DNA of 64,000 bases, taken from assembly GCA_963798085.1 (NCBI GenBank), contig CAWCRS010000001.1, positions 384,001 through 448,000 of the forward strand, written 5' to 3'. How positions within the stretch are numbered: the first letter of the stretch is position 1; each line of letters starts with the position of its first letter. The notes beneath the pieces were generated by a model. That model was not told the origin of the DNA. It did not search any database and saw only the letters and a program-made list of their open reading frames with translations. Positions 10,111-19,635 of this stretch are shown in pieces. Source of the DNA: an uncultured Gemmatimonadales bacterium (GTDB taxonomy: Bacteria; Gemmatimonadota; Gemmatimonadetes; Longimicrobiales; RSA9). Position numbers and translations under genes: made by a program.

Positions 10111-12164
10111 GGCCACCAGTCGACGCGGATGGTGCGGCGCACGGCGCGCAGGAGTGCGCGCGCGGCCGTGGTGTGCATGACGACGACCTTCGCCCGGCCG
10201 ACCATGCCGGGCCACACGGGCAGGCCGGCCACGGCCGGGAGCGGCGCCAGCAGCTCGACCGAACCTGCCTGTGCAGCCGGCGACAGCTGCGCCACCGTCG
10301 TGCGCAGGGTCCGGCCCGGAGCCGAAGCGAAACGCAGTGTTATCAGCGAGCCGGCGCTGATGCCGCCGGCATCACGCTGGGACAGACGGATGCGCACGTG
10401 CGGCGGCCCATCCGCCCACAGCTGCACGAGCGAATCGCCGCGGGCCAGACCCTCCCCCACGCGCTCTTCCAAATGCGGCGTCACGACAATGGCGGCGAAG
10501 GGCGCGCGCAGCGTCAGCGCGTCGCGTCGTCGCTCCAGCTCCTGCAGTTCCGTGCGCCGGAAGCCCAGCTGCAGCTCCAGCCGCCGGGTTTCGGCGGCCT
10601 GACCGCGACTGCGCTGCGCCGCAGCCTGGCGCTCCAGCTCTTCCACCGCGGCACGTGCATGCGTCCAGCGCAGTTCGAGGTCGGGGCTGCTCAGCACCGC
10701 AATGGTGTCGCCGGCACGTGCGTGCTGTCCTTCCCCGACGCGTACCTGCGTGACCAGCGCCCATTCGGGCGGGCGCAGGAACAGGCGAGCCGGCGGGTCC
10801 GCCATCGCCTCGCCTTTCGCGGTGACCACCCACGGCGTCACCAGCAGCAGGAGCAGCAGCACTGTGCCAGCACCGGCGAACCGCAGCGTTCGCCGTGTGC
10901 CGCCTTTCGTGCCGCGCTCCGCCCACCACACACGCAGCACGCGGCGCAGCGCGCCCAGCGGTTTGCGCAGCAGATAGGCGACCACAATGGCGGCCAGCAC
11001 CATGCCCCAGTCCTCGAAGCGTGTGACCAGACGCCGGCTCAACAGCAGCGTGATCGAGGACAGCAGCAATGCGGTGTACAGCAGCGACAGGACACCATAC
11101 GCAATGAAGATGCGCGCTTCGCGTGGCGTGCAGCGCGTGGCCGGGATGTCGACGCGCATCACGTTGCGCTTCAGCACGGTCGACAGATGACGGAACGCGC
11201 GCGCGCGCAGGTTGGGAATACCCAGCCAGTCCATCAGCGCGTAATAGCCGTCCAGCGGAATGAGCGGATTGAAATTGATGAGCAGCACGATGCCGCCGGA
11301 GAACAGCATGCTGAAGAATGCGGCCTGGTGCAGCAGCGTTTCCGGTTCCGTTCCCAGCCAGGTGACGGCGGAGAGAAAGGCGACGACGAGCTGAATCCAG
11401 CCGCCGGCGAAGGTCACCCACAGACGCTGCCCGCGGCGCTCGAATGTCCACGCGTCGTTCACATTGCAGTAGAAGGAAGGCATGAAGTAGAGCAGCATTG
11501 CGCCCACCTCGTGCACCTCGCCGCCGAAGTGCTTGCAGGTGAGGCCGTGGCCGGCTTCGTGTATGGCGATGATGGCGGCGACCACGATCCAGTACATGGC
11601 CAGTGTGCCGGCAGAGAAACTCGACAGCCTGTACATGCTGCGGATTCCGGCGGAGAACGCGTCCCAGTTGGCAGTGATGATGGCGCCATACGCGACAATG
11701 GCGAGGCCGGAGAGGATGACGAATGCGGGGGTCCAGCAAAAGCGCAGCCAGCGGGCCATGCGCTCGAACACGCGGTCAGGATCACCCAGCGGGAAGCGCA
11801 TGCGCAGCAGTGTGCTGCCATGGCCCTTCAGTTTCAGGCGACGATCGCGCCGCAGCGACTCGGTGAGCAGGATGCGCTGCTCCTCCCGCGTGCGCTCGGC
11901 CAGTCCGAGCTGTTTGAGCTTGTCGACGAACGGGCGTATCGCCGCGGCCGTCGCGTTGATGCCCAGCGCTTCGCGCAATCCGAGCGCGATCGCGTCCAGC
12001 GGCTGGGTGCCATCCATGCGCTGCATCATCCACACTTCCGCCTCGCCGAAGCGGAAGTACTGCAGCCGCAGCGGGTCCTTGACCACCCACGACACGCGTC
12101 CATCCAGCACCTGCTGGACGTAGCGCAGATTGCGCCGCACGCGAGGGCAGTCGCCGTCGGTCAT
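10107..12164 (-). CDS. PqqD/RRE-like + M50 (site-2) intramembrane zinc protease + HlyD-type membrane-fusion domain fusion
   Basis: N-terminal WVVKDP..YFRF..MDGTQPLDAI..FVDKLKQLGLAE; IHEAGH; NFNPLIPLDGY; several TMs; lipoyl-like VRVGEGQHARAGDTIAVL plus coiled coil. Confidence 0.9.
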   Translation of the reverse strand: MTDGDCPRVRRNLRYVQQVLDGRVSWVVKDPLRLQYFRFGEAEVWMMQRMDGTQPLDAIALGLREALGINATAAAIRPFVDKLKQLGLAERTREEQRILLTESLRRDRRLKLKGHGSTLLRMRFPLGDPDRVFERMARWLRFCWTPAFVILSGLAIVAYGAIITANWDAFSAGIRSMYRLSSFSAGTLAMYWIVVAAIIAIHEAGHGLTCKHFGGEVHEVGAMLLYFMPSFYCNVNDAWTFERRGQRLWVTFAGGWIQLVVAFLSAVTWLGTEPETLLHQAAFFSMLFSGGIVLLINFNPLIPLDGYYALMDWLGIPNLRARAFRHLSTVLKRNVMRVDIPATRCTPREARIFIAYGVLSLLYTALLLSSITLLLSRRLVTRFEDWGMVLAAIVVAYLLRKPLGALRRVLRVWWAERGTKGGTRRTLRFAGAGTVLLLLLLVTPWVVTAKGEAMADPPARLFLRPPEWALVTQVRVGEGQHARAGDTIAVLSSPDLELRWTHARAAVEELERQAAAQRSRGQAAETRRLELQLGFRRTELQELERRRDALTLRAPFAAIVVTPHLEERVGEGLARGDSLVQLWADGPPHVRIRLSQRDAGGISAGSLITLRFASAPGRTLRTTVAQLSPAAQAGSVELLAPLPAVAGLPVWPGMVGRAKVVVMHTTAARALLRAVRRTIRVDWWP

Positions 12165-13072
12165 GAGCGCTCGGACGAAACGAGAAACTCGACATTAACG
12201 GACGAGCCCGGCTTGAGACCGCCGGGATCCGGCACATCGACGAGCACCTCGACCGTGCCACTGCCCGGGTCGACGGCCGGCGAGATGCGCAGGATGCGGC
12301 CTCTCGCCTCCCGCCCGTCGAGTCCGCGCAGCCGCACGGCCCGTCCCGGTCGCAGTGCGGCTGCCGCCAGCTCGGGCACGCGCACGAGAGCGCGCAACGG
12401 GTGCAGCGCGGTTGCGCGGAAGAGCGGTTCACCCTCGGCGACCGTCTGGCCAATGTGGATGAAACGCCGTGTTATCGTGCTCGCGAAGGGCGCCCGTACG
12501 CGCGTGTAGTCCAGGCGCACGGTAGCATCGGCGAGTGACGCTTCGGCGGAGCGCAGACGCCAGGTGGCGGAGTCCAGCTCACCCGCGGTGATCATCCCCT
12601 GCTTCGCCAGCTGTGCGGCCCGGTCGTGCTCTGCGTTGGCCAGCTCCCGGGCCGCCGTGGCCGCGGCGAGCGCCGCCAGTTCGCGGCCATCGTCCAGCCT
12701 CGCCAGCTGCTGGCCTTCCTGCACGGCATCGCCCATCTCGACGTCGATCGTGGCCACGACGCCGGCCCGGCGGGATGTCAGCTCCGCGTCACGCTCCGAA
12801 TAGAGCACGGTGGTCAGAGGCAGTGTCGTCGCCTGCAATCCGTCCCGGCCAACACCGCTGCCATTCCCGCTGCGCGCCGACTCGCCGGCGGCGAGAACAC
12901 TCGAGGCGTGCCCGCCGCTCGCCGCTTCCGCGGCTGCACCCTGGCCATCGGTGGCCACGACCGGCGCCGTGGCAGCGGGCGGTGCCGTGCGGTCCGTGCT
13001 GATCTGCGAGCCGCACGCAGCCAGCACGCACGGCAGCACGGACAGGATGGAACGGGCGAGGCGATTCACCAT
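12161..13072 (-). CDS. Efflux RND-type periplasmic adaptor (membrane fusion) lipoprotein
   Basis: Lipobox VLAAC; VEMGDAVQEGQQLARLD; VRAPFAS; ISPAVDPGSGT; LKPGSSV. Confidence 0.9.
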   Translation of the reverse strand: MVNRLARSILSVLPCVLAACGSQISTDRTAPPAATAPVVATDGQGAAAEAASGGHASSVLAAGESARSGNGSGVGRDGLQATTLPLTTVLYSERDAELTSRRAGVVATIDVEMGDAVQEGQQLARLDDGRELAALAAATAARELANAEHDRAAQLAKQGMITAGELDSATWRLRSAEASLADATVRLDYTRVRAPFASTITRRFIHIGQTVAEGEPLFRATALHPLRALVRVPELAAAALRPGRAVRLRGLDGREARGRILRISPAVDPGSGTVEVLVDVPDPGGLKPGSSVNVEFLVSSERS

Positions 13073-15015
13073 GGCAGCATCCACCAGAGGTTCATGCGCA
13101 GCCAGCGCGCGGGCCGGCGGAAGATCATGACGGCGAGGGGTCGCGGCCGGGTCAGGACCTTGGCCCTCGCTTCCATGCCCGGCCGCAGCAGGCGCTGCCG
13201 GTTATCGAGAATGGCGTGCACGGTGTAGGTGACGAGGCCACCCAGCGTGTCGGCGCGCGGCGCGATGGCGGTAACCTTGCCCTGGAACGTGACGGATGGC
13301 TGTGCGGGCGAGCGCGCACGTACGCGGTCCTCCAGCTGCACGTCGGCGACGTCGCTCTGCGGCACGTGCAGCTCCAGCTCGACCCAGTCCGGATCCCCGA
13401 TCCAGGCGACGGTACTGCCTGCATCGAACCAGCTGCCCAGCCGCTCCTCGAGGCGGGGTGTGAGGACCACGCCTGCGGCCGGCGCCACCACGGTGCGCGC
13501 CTCCTGCTGGCGGGTCAGCAGGGCCACGGCATCGGCAGATTCCGCGGCACGCACGCGCGCTCCTGACACGGCGTTAGCATCACCGCGGGCCTGCGCCGCG
13601 AACTCTTCGCGCTGTGCCAGCGCCAGCGCCGCCTGCGCCTCGCCCAGACGCAGCTGCCCTTCATCATCGCGCAGCCGGGCAATGGGCTGCCCGGCGTTCA
13701 GCTTCTCGCCCTCGTGCGCCAGCACGGCATCCAGGATGCCGCCCACACCCGCGCGGGCCGGCTGCTGGACCGCGGCGCGCACCGCGGCCATGCTCGCCGA
13801 GAGGCGGAGCGGCAGGCGCACCACGGAAAGCAGGAGCGCGAGCGTCAGTGCAATGGCGCCGTACTGCAGCCACTTCGCGCGCGGCCAGGCGGCCAGCCTG
13901 CGCCGGCTCCGGGCCAGCGGCTCGAGCCAGCCAATGAACGGGACGCCTGCGTACAACTGCCCGTTGCGGAGCGCCAGTGCCGCCTGGTTGGCCAGCATCC
14001 TGGCCGCCTGCTGCAGCCACGGCGTGACTGCAGCAGGCGCCACGAACTCGAACAGCAGGACACCCAGATCGCCTTCCGTATCCTGGATATCCTCGACGAG
14101 GATGCAGTGCGCACCCGACTCCTCGAGGTAGCGCGGGAATGCTTCGCGCACCCGCGTCGCCATTTCGTCATCGACGTCCTGCACATTGCTGATGAGCAGT
14201 TCCTCGCGGCCTTCCGTGCCCCAGGTCATGAAGCGATCGATCTCACGCAGCGCGGCCGAGCGCAGATCGACCTTTTCCTCGCCGGAAATGGCGCGCACCA
14301 CGAGATCACTGCCCTGCCAGGTCGCCAGCACGCAGCGGTCGAAGTGGAGCGCTTCGCCGGCCAGATTCACCACCGACCTGTGGATGCGATCGAGATCGAA
14401 GGTGGAGAGGATTTCGCGGCTGAAGCTCAGCAGCGCGCGCAGATCGTGGGCCTGCCGCTCGGCGTCGAGCAGGCGGGCATTGCGGATGGCGGCCGCGGCG
14501 TCGTCGGCAACCGCCACCAGGAACGCGAGCTGCTGTCCGTCAAACCGGCCGTTAGTCACCTCCAGCGCGCCCAGCGTCTCGCCGCGCGCGGTCAGCGGCA
14601 CGGCCATGGCCGAGCGTGTGGCCACGCCCCAGCCTTCGTCGAGCTGCGGCACGTGGCGCTCATCAGAGGGCGCGTCCAGCACCAGCACCGGCTGCCTTCT
14701 GCGTACCGCGTCCCCGGCAAAGCCCAGACCCAGGGGCAGCTCGGCGCCGCTCAGCCCATCGCCTGCCGGCCCCAGCGATGCCTCGCAGCGCAGCACGTCA
14801 CCGTCCCGCAGCCAGACCGCGGCGGCCTGCGCCTCGAGTGTGGCGCAGACACTGGCCAGGATGCGAGGCAGCAGCTCGGCCTCCCCCAGCGTGGCATTGA
14901 ACTGGAGTGACAGCGACACGAGCTGCCGCAGGTGCGCGGCAGACAGTTCCTCGAGATGCGATGCGGCGGACGCGTCCTGTGGGGGCGCCTCGACCGACGT
15001 TGGGTCCGAGGACAC
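13066..15015 (-). CDS. Tandem GAF domains + TM + HlyD-type membrane-fusion protein
   Basis: GAF motifs (GFAGDAV, TRSAMAVPL..GALEV, AAAIRNARL; second ends AALALRNGQLY); one TM; MFP with LRPGMEARAK. Confidence 0.88.
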   Translation of the reverse strand: MSSDPTSVEAPPQDASAASHLEELSAAHLRQLVSLSLQFNATLGEAELLPRILASVCATLEAQAAAVWLRDGDVLRCEASLGPAGDGLSGAELPLGLGFAGDAVRRRQPVLVLDAPSDERHVPQLDEGWGVATRSAMAVPLTARGETLGALEVTNGRFDGQQLAFLVAVADDAAAAIRNARLLDAERQAHDLRALLSFSREILSTFDLDRIHRSVVNLAGEALHFDRCVLATWQGSDLVVRAISGEEKVDLRSAALREIDRFMTWGTEGREELLISNVQDVDDEMATRVREAFPRYLEESGAHCILVEDIQDTEGDLGVLLFEFVAPAAVTPWLQQAARMLANQAALALRNGQLYAGVPFIGWLEPLARSRRRLAAWPRAKWLQYGAIALTLALLLSVVRLPLRLSASMAAVRAAVQQPARAGVGGILDAVLAHEGEKLNAGQPIARLRDDEGQLRLGEAQAALALAQREEFAAQARGDANAVSGARVRAAESADAVALLTRQQEARTVVAPAAGVVLTPRLEERLGSWFDAGSTVAWIGDPDWVELELHVPQSDVADVQLEDRVRARSPAQPSVTFQGKVTAIAPRADTLGGLVTYTVHAILDNRQRLLRPGMEARAKVLTRPRPLAVMIFRRPARWLRMNLWWMLPW

Positions 15016-15225
15016 GATTGGCCTCCTCCGCCGGTGACCGGGGAACAGCGCCGTTCCCGGGTACGGACGGAAGCGAGCGTGCAGCGGGTGTTCGGATCGG
15101 GCCGCGGAGCCTTGCGCGTGCGCCGCGGCCGACCGGCGGTATGCCGGGGCCCGCCGGGACGGGCGGCGGGCCGGTTCGTCGAACCTACATCGGCGCGCGC
15201 AGCGGCGCGAGGCCGTGGGGGATCG

Positions 15226-15295
15226 ACTGCGTTGCTCAGGCTGGTTGCTGGGGGCTGGTCGCTCGGGAACGGCAGCAACGGATCGAACTTCGTTT
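15226..15295 (+). repeat. Intergenic repeat family 2 (GCGTTGCTGGGGCTGGTTGC..GGGAACG)
   Basis: Matches copies at 19454, 23540, 23735 (inverted) and 29588. Confidence 0.7.
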
Positions 15296-15338
15296 CCGGC
15301 GCTCGGGCCAGGAACGGGACCGCGCGCGCCGCGCTACC

Positions 15339-15568
15339 TCAAACGGGCTCGGTTCCCTGATTCAGAATGGACAGGTAGCGGTCGTACAGGAAGAGACGAT
15401 TCCGCCGCTTTCCTGTCAGTTCGCGAACAATGCCGGCATCCTCGAGCAGAGCCATGGCGGATGCTGCCGCCGGGAATGACAGTCCGGACCTGCGGCAGAC
15501 CTCCGGCATGGAGAGGATCGGCCTCGCCTTGAATGTGTCGTGGACGCGCAATGCGGAGCCCGCGCCTC
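15339..15568 (-). pseudogene. C-terminal HTH remnant of a Fic-family protein
   Basis: AGSALRVH..RPILSMPEVCRRSGLSFPAA..GIVRELTGKRRNRLFLYDRYLSILNQGTE; no Fic catalytic motif upstream. Confidence 0.75.
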
Positions 15569-15686
15569 GACGCGCGCCATTACGGACCGGCTCAATGCCG
15601 GCGAACCCGTCGATACCGTGCTGGCTGACTACAACCTGGCGGACGCGGAGCTTGAAGAAGCGGTCCGCTTCGAAGCCGCAGCCTGA
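15564..15686 (+). pseudogene. C-terminal remnant of a DUF433 (VapB45-like) antitoxin
   Basis: Hand translation STRAITDRLNAGEPVDTVLADYNLADAELEEAVRFEAAA*; N-terminus absent. Confidence 0.75.
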
Positions 15687-16177
15687 CCGCGTTTTCTTTG
15701 CGGATCGCGACCTGGGCCGCAGCGTTCCCAATGCACTCAACGCCGCAGGCGTCCGGGTAGAGCGCCACGACACGCACTTCGAGCCGAGCACGCCGGACAC
15801 AGAGTGGCTGCGTGAGGTGGGAAGGCGCGGCTGGATCGCACTCAGCCACAACCGCGACATCCGCTACAATACCGCCGAACGCGACATGGTCATGCGGGCT
15901 GGCCTGCGCCCTGTTCATGCTGGTCGGTAAGCATCGTCACGATATCCTCGCGCGCAATCTCGTCCAAACGCTTCCGCGCGTCCTCGCCTTTCTCAATGCC
16001 CATGAGCCGCCGTTCATGGCCCGCATCTACAAGCCCAGTGAACCGGAGTTCGAAGCTGGACGACCAGGCAGGGTGGACCTGTGGCTCGGCGCTTGCCGGG
16101 CCCGGCGCGCCTGCCGATCTTGCCACCGCCCCCCGCTCTCGCGAAAGAACCAGACGTCTCCGCCGAGGAGGCAATGA
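15652..16177 (+). CDS. VapC45-like PIN-domain toxin, frameshifted near 15910; 3' end uncertain
   Basis: VFFADRDLG..VERHDTHF..TPDTEWLREVGRRGWIALSHNRDIRY; probable TTG start overlapping the antitoxin stop. Confidence 0.75.
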
Positions 16178-19100
16178 TGCGTCGTCGCATACGCGGTAAC
16201 TCGAACGCCACCGCTCACACGCGAACCACAACCGCCATCCTGCTTGCCAGTGCGGTGGCTGCCATGGTGGCAACAACGCCTGCCACCGCCCAGCAGCGAC
16301 CACCCAAAGGCCTGGCCGAGAAGATGGTCGCGCCGGCGACGGCGCAGGCCAATGCGATCAAGGCACTGCACTGGCGTTCGATCGGACCGGCGAACATGGC
16401 CGGGCGCACGGCGGTGGTGCTGGGCACGCCGGGCGATCCCAGCACGTTCTGGGTGGCGGGCGCGGATGGCGGCGTGTGGAAGACCACCAACAACGCGACC
16501 ACCTGGCAGCCGCAGTTCGAGAATCAGGCGGTGTACTCGCCGGGCGCGCTCGCCATGGCGCCGTCGGATCACAACGTGATCTGGCTGGGCACGGGCGAGG
16601 GCGATCCGCGGAACAGTGCGTCGTTCGGCAATGGCGTGTACCGCTCGACCAATGGCGGCGACACGTGGAAGTATCTCGGCCTGGATGACACGGAGCGGAT
16701 CAAGCGCATCGTGGTGCATCCGACGAACCCCAATGTCGCGCTGGTCTGCGCGCTCGGCCATGCGTGGGGGCCCAACGAGATGCGCGGCGTATTCCGCACG
16801 ACGGATGCCGGCAAGACCTGGCAGAAGGTGCTCTATATCGATCAGGACACCGGCTGCTCCGACATTTCCATGGATCCGTCCAACCCGCGCATCCTGTACG
16901 CGGGCATGTACTGGCACCGGCGGCGGCCGTGGCGCCTCGACAGCGGTGGCAAGACCACGGCGCTCTACAAGAGCATTGATGGCGGCGACACGTGGGTGTC
17001 AATGCGCGGGCGGCCGGGCTACCCGACCGAGGCCATGGACCGCATCGGCGTGGCCGTGGCGCCCAGTTCGCCTAACACGGTGTACATGATCACCGAGACG
17101 CTGACGCAGGGCGAGCTGTTCCGCTCCGATGATGCGGGCGCGACCTGGCGCATGACGACGGCGGACCGCAACATCAACTTCCGGCCCTTCTACTATGCGG
17201 ACATTCGCGTCGACCCGTCGACGCCGGAGCGCGTGTACGCGCTTTCCGGCAGCCTGAACCGCTCCATCAATGGCGGGCACACGTTCCAGAACATCGGCCA
17301 GGGCGTGCACGGCGATCACCAGGCGTTCTGGATCGACCCGACGAACCCGAAGCGGCTGCTGAGCGGCAGCGACGGCGGCTTCCAGGTGTCGTGGGATGGC
17401 GGCGACAACTGGACCATCATGAACAACATCTCGTTCGCGCAGTTCTACCACATCGACTTCGACATGCGGCAGCCGTACTTCCTGTGCGGCGGCCTGCAGG
17501 ACAACGGCGACTGGTGCGGTCCCAGTCGCACGACCTACGGCGAAGGCATTCTCAAGGACGACTGGTACACGGTGCACGGCGGCGACGGCTTCTATTCCGT
17601 GCCCGTGCCCGATCAGCCGTGGATCATCTTCTCCAACTCGCAGGGTGGCAGCATTGACGTGATGGACCTGCGCTCGGGCAATTCGCGCTCCATCCATCCG
17701 GATCCGAACCGCGTCGGCTCCGCAGGCGATGCACTGGCCAGCCACAAGTATCGCTTCAACTGGGACTCGCCGATTCTGGTCTCGCCCAATGATCCGAAGG
17801 TCGTGTACTTCGGCGGTAATGTGCTGTTCAAGAGCAGCGACAGGGGCAGTCATGGACGATGATCAGTCCGGACCTCACGACCAACGACAAGAGCAAGGAG
17901 CTCTCCTCCGGCGGCGAGATCGTGACGACAACACCGCGCGGAGTTCCACTGCACCATCACCACGATTGCCGAAACGCCTGTTAAGGCCGGCGTCATCTGG
18001 GTGGGCACGGACGACGGCAACGTGCAGGTCACGCAGGATGGCGGGAAGACGTGGACCAACGTCGTCGGCAATGTGAAGGGGCTGCCGCCCAACTCCTGGG
18101 TTTCGCGCATCAATGCGTCGCACTTCAATGCGGGCACCGCGTACGTCGCAATCGACCGCCACCAGGAGAACGACTTCGCGCCGTACGCCTACATGACTGC
18201 AGACTACGGGAAGACGTGGACCGCGCTGCAGGCGGGCCTGCCGGCGAAGGGCTACGTGCACGTGGTGCGCGAGGACCCGAAGAATCAGGACCTGCTCTAC
18301 CTGGGCACGGAGCTGGGCGTGTTCGCGTCGTGGGACCGTGGCAGGACGTGGGCGGACATCCGCAACGGTCTGCCGCCCGTTGCCGTGCGTGACATCAAGG
18401 TGCACCCGCGCGACAACGACCTGATCATTGCCTCGCACGGCCGTGGCGCCTGGATCATCGACGACATTGCGCCGCTGCAGAAGCTGACGGCGGCCATGGC
18501 ACAGGACGCCTACCTGTTCGACCCGAGGCCGGCCGTGCGCTGGACAATGTGGAGTCGCGCGGCCGCGCGCGGTGCCGCCACGTGGCAGGAAGACAATCCG
18601 CCGGATGGCGCATATCTCAACTTCTACCTCAAGACCGCGGCGCCGGTCGAGATCGCGATCAGCAATGCGCGGGGTCAGCCGGTGCGCAACCTGCGCGCGA
18701 ACGCGGGCGCCGGCGTGAATCGCGTCGTCTGGGATCTGCGCTACGTCAATCCGGGCGCCCGCGGCGCGGGGCCTGGTGGAGCGGGCGGTGGCGCAGGCGG
18801 CGAAGAAGAGGGCGGCGGCGGGCGAGGCCGTGGGGGACGTGGGGGTGCGACGCCGTACGTCGTGCCCGGCGACTACACCGCAACACTGCGCGCCGGCGGT
18901 CGCGAGCTGCACACGAGTTTCCGCGTGGAAGCGGATCCGCGCGTGCAGACCACACTCGCCGACTATCAGGCGCAGTATGCCTCCGTCCTCGAGTTGCAGG
19001 GTCTGGCCAATCAGGTGAACGACATGGTGACTCGAGGCGACGACATCAAGCGCCAGCTGGTGGACCTGGAGCAGACCATCCGTCGGAATCCGGGTTCGGT

Positions 19101-19431
19101 GCCGGGCGCCAATGCCAGCCTGGTCGCGGATCTCAAGGTGGCGCAGGAGAAGCTGGCGGTGATCGTGGACAGCACACTGCGCCGGCCTCCACCCAACATG
19201 GGCTACCGCCAGTATCCTCGCCTGCGCGAGGAGCTTAACTCGCTGCTAGGCGGCATCGCGCGCTCGCCCACCGCGCCCACAGACCCGCAGAAGACGCGCT
19301 CCGGCGAACTGCGCACCGAAACCGCGCAGGCAGTCGCCGCATTCAATGCGTTCGTCGAGCAGACGATTGGAGCGATTAACCGTAAGCTTGGGGGAGCGCC
19401 GCGCATCGTTACGGGGCGCTTGATCAGCTGA
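16174..19431 (+). CDS. VPS10/BNR-repeat (sortilin-like) secreted beta-propeller protein, frameshifted near 17850-17940
   Basis: WRSIGPANMAGR, many S/TxDxGxTW Asp-boxes, HGDHQAFWIDP, GGLQDNG, YRFNWDSPI, ASHGRG. Confidence 0.9.
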
Positions 19432-19453
19432 GTGTCGGACCCCGGGAACCAGT

Positions 19454-19612
19454 AACGGCGTTGCTGGGGCTGGGGCTCGGGCTGGCGCTGGGAGCTACGG
19501 AATCAACGGATTGAACTGCGTTGCCGGGGCTGGTTGCTTGGGCTGGGGCTGGGGATTACGGATGAACGGATTGAACTGCGTTGCTGGGGCTGGCTGCTCG
19601 GGCTGGTTGCTC
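19454..19612 (+). repeat. Intergenic repeat family 2, tandem copies (AACGGATTGAACTGCGTTGC at 19505 and 19565)
   Basis: Direct 60-bp periodicity plus GGGCTGG subrepeats. Confidence 0.8.
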
Positions 19613-19635
19613 GAACGCTGATGGAGATCGCGAGA

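Noticed and set aside
10173..12509. Long antisense ORFs (also 3829-5268, 36232-37740, 39099-40940, 55258-57219)
   Set aside because: Shadow frames of real genes in high-GC DNA with no recognisable motifs
19454..19612. Possible CRISPR mini-array (20-bp repeat, 60-bp period)
   Set aside because: Only two copies, and the intervening sequence is itself the GGGCTGG repeat
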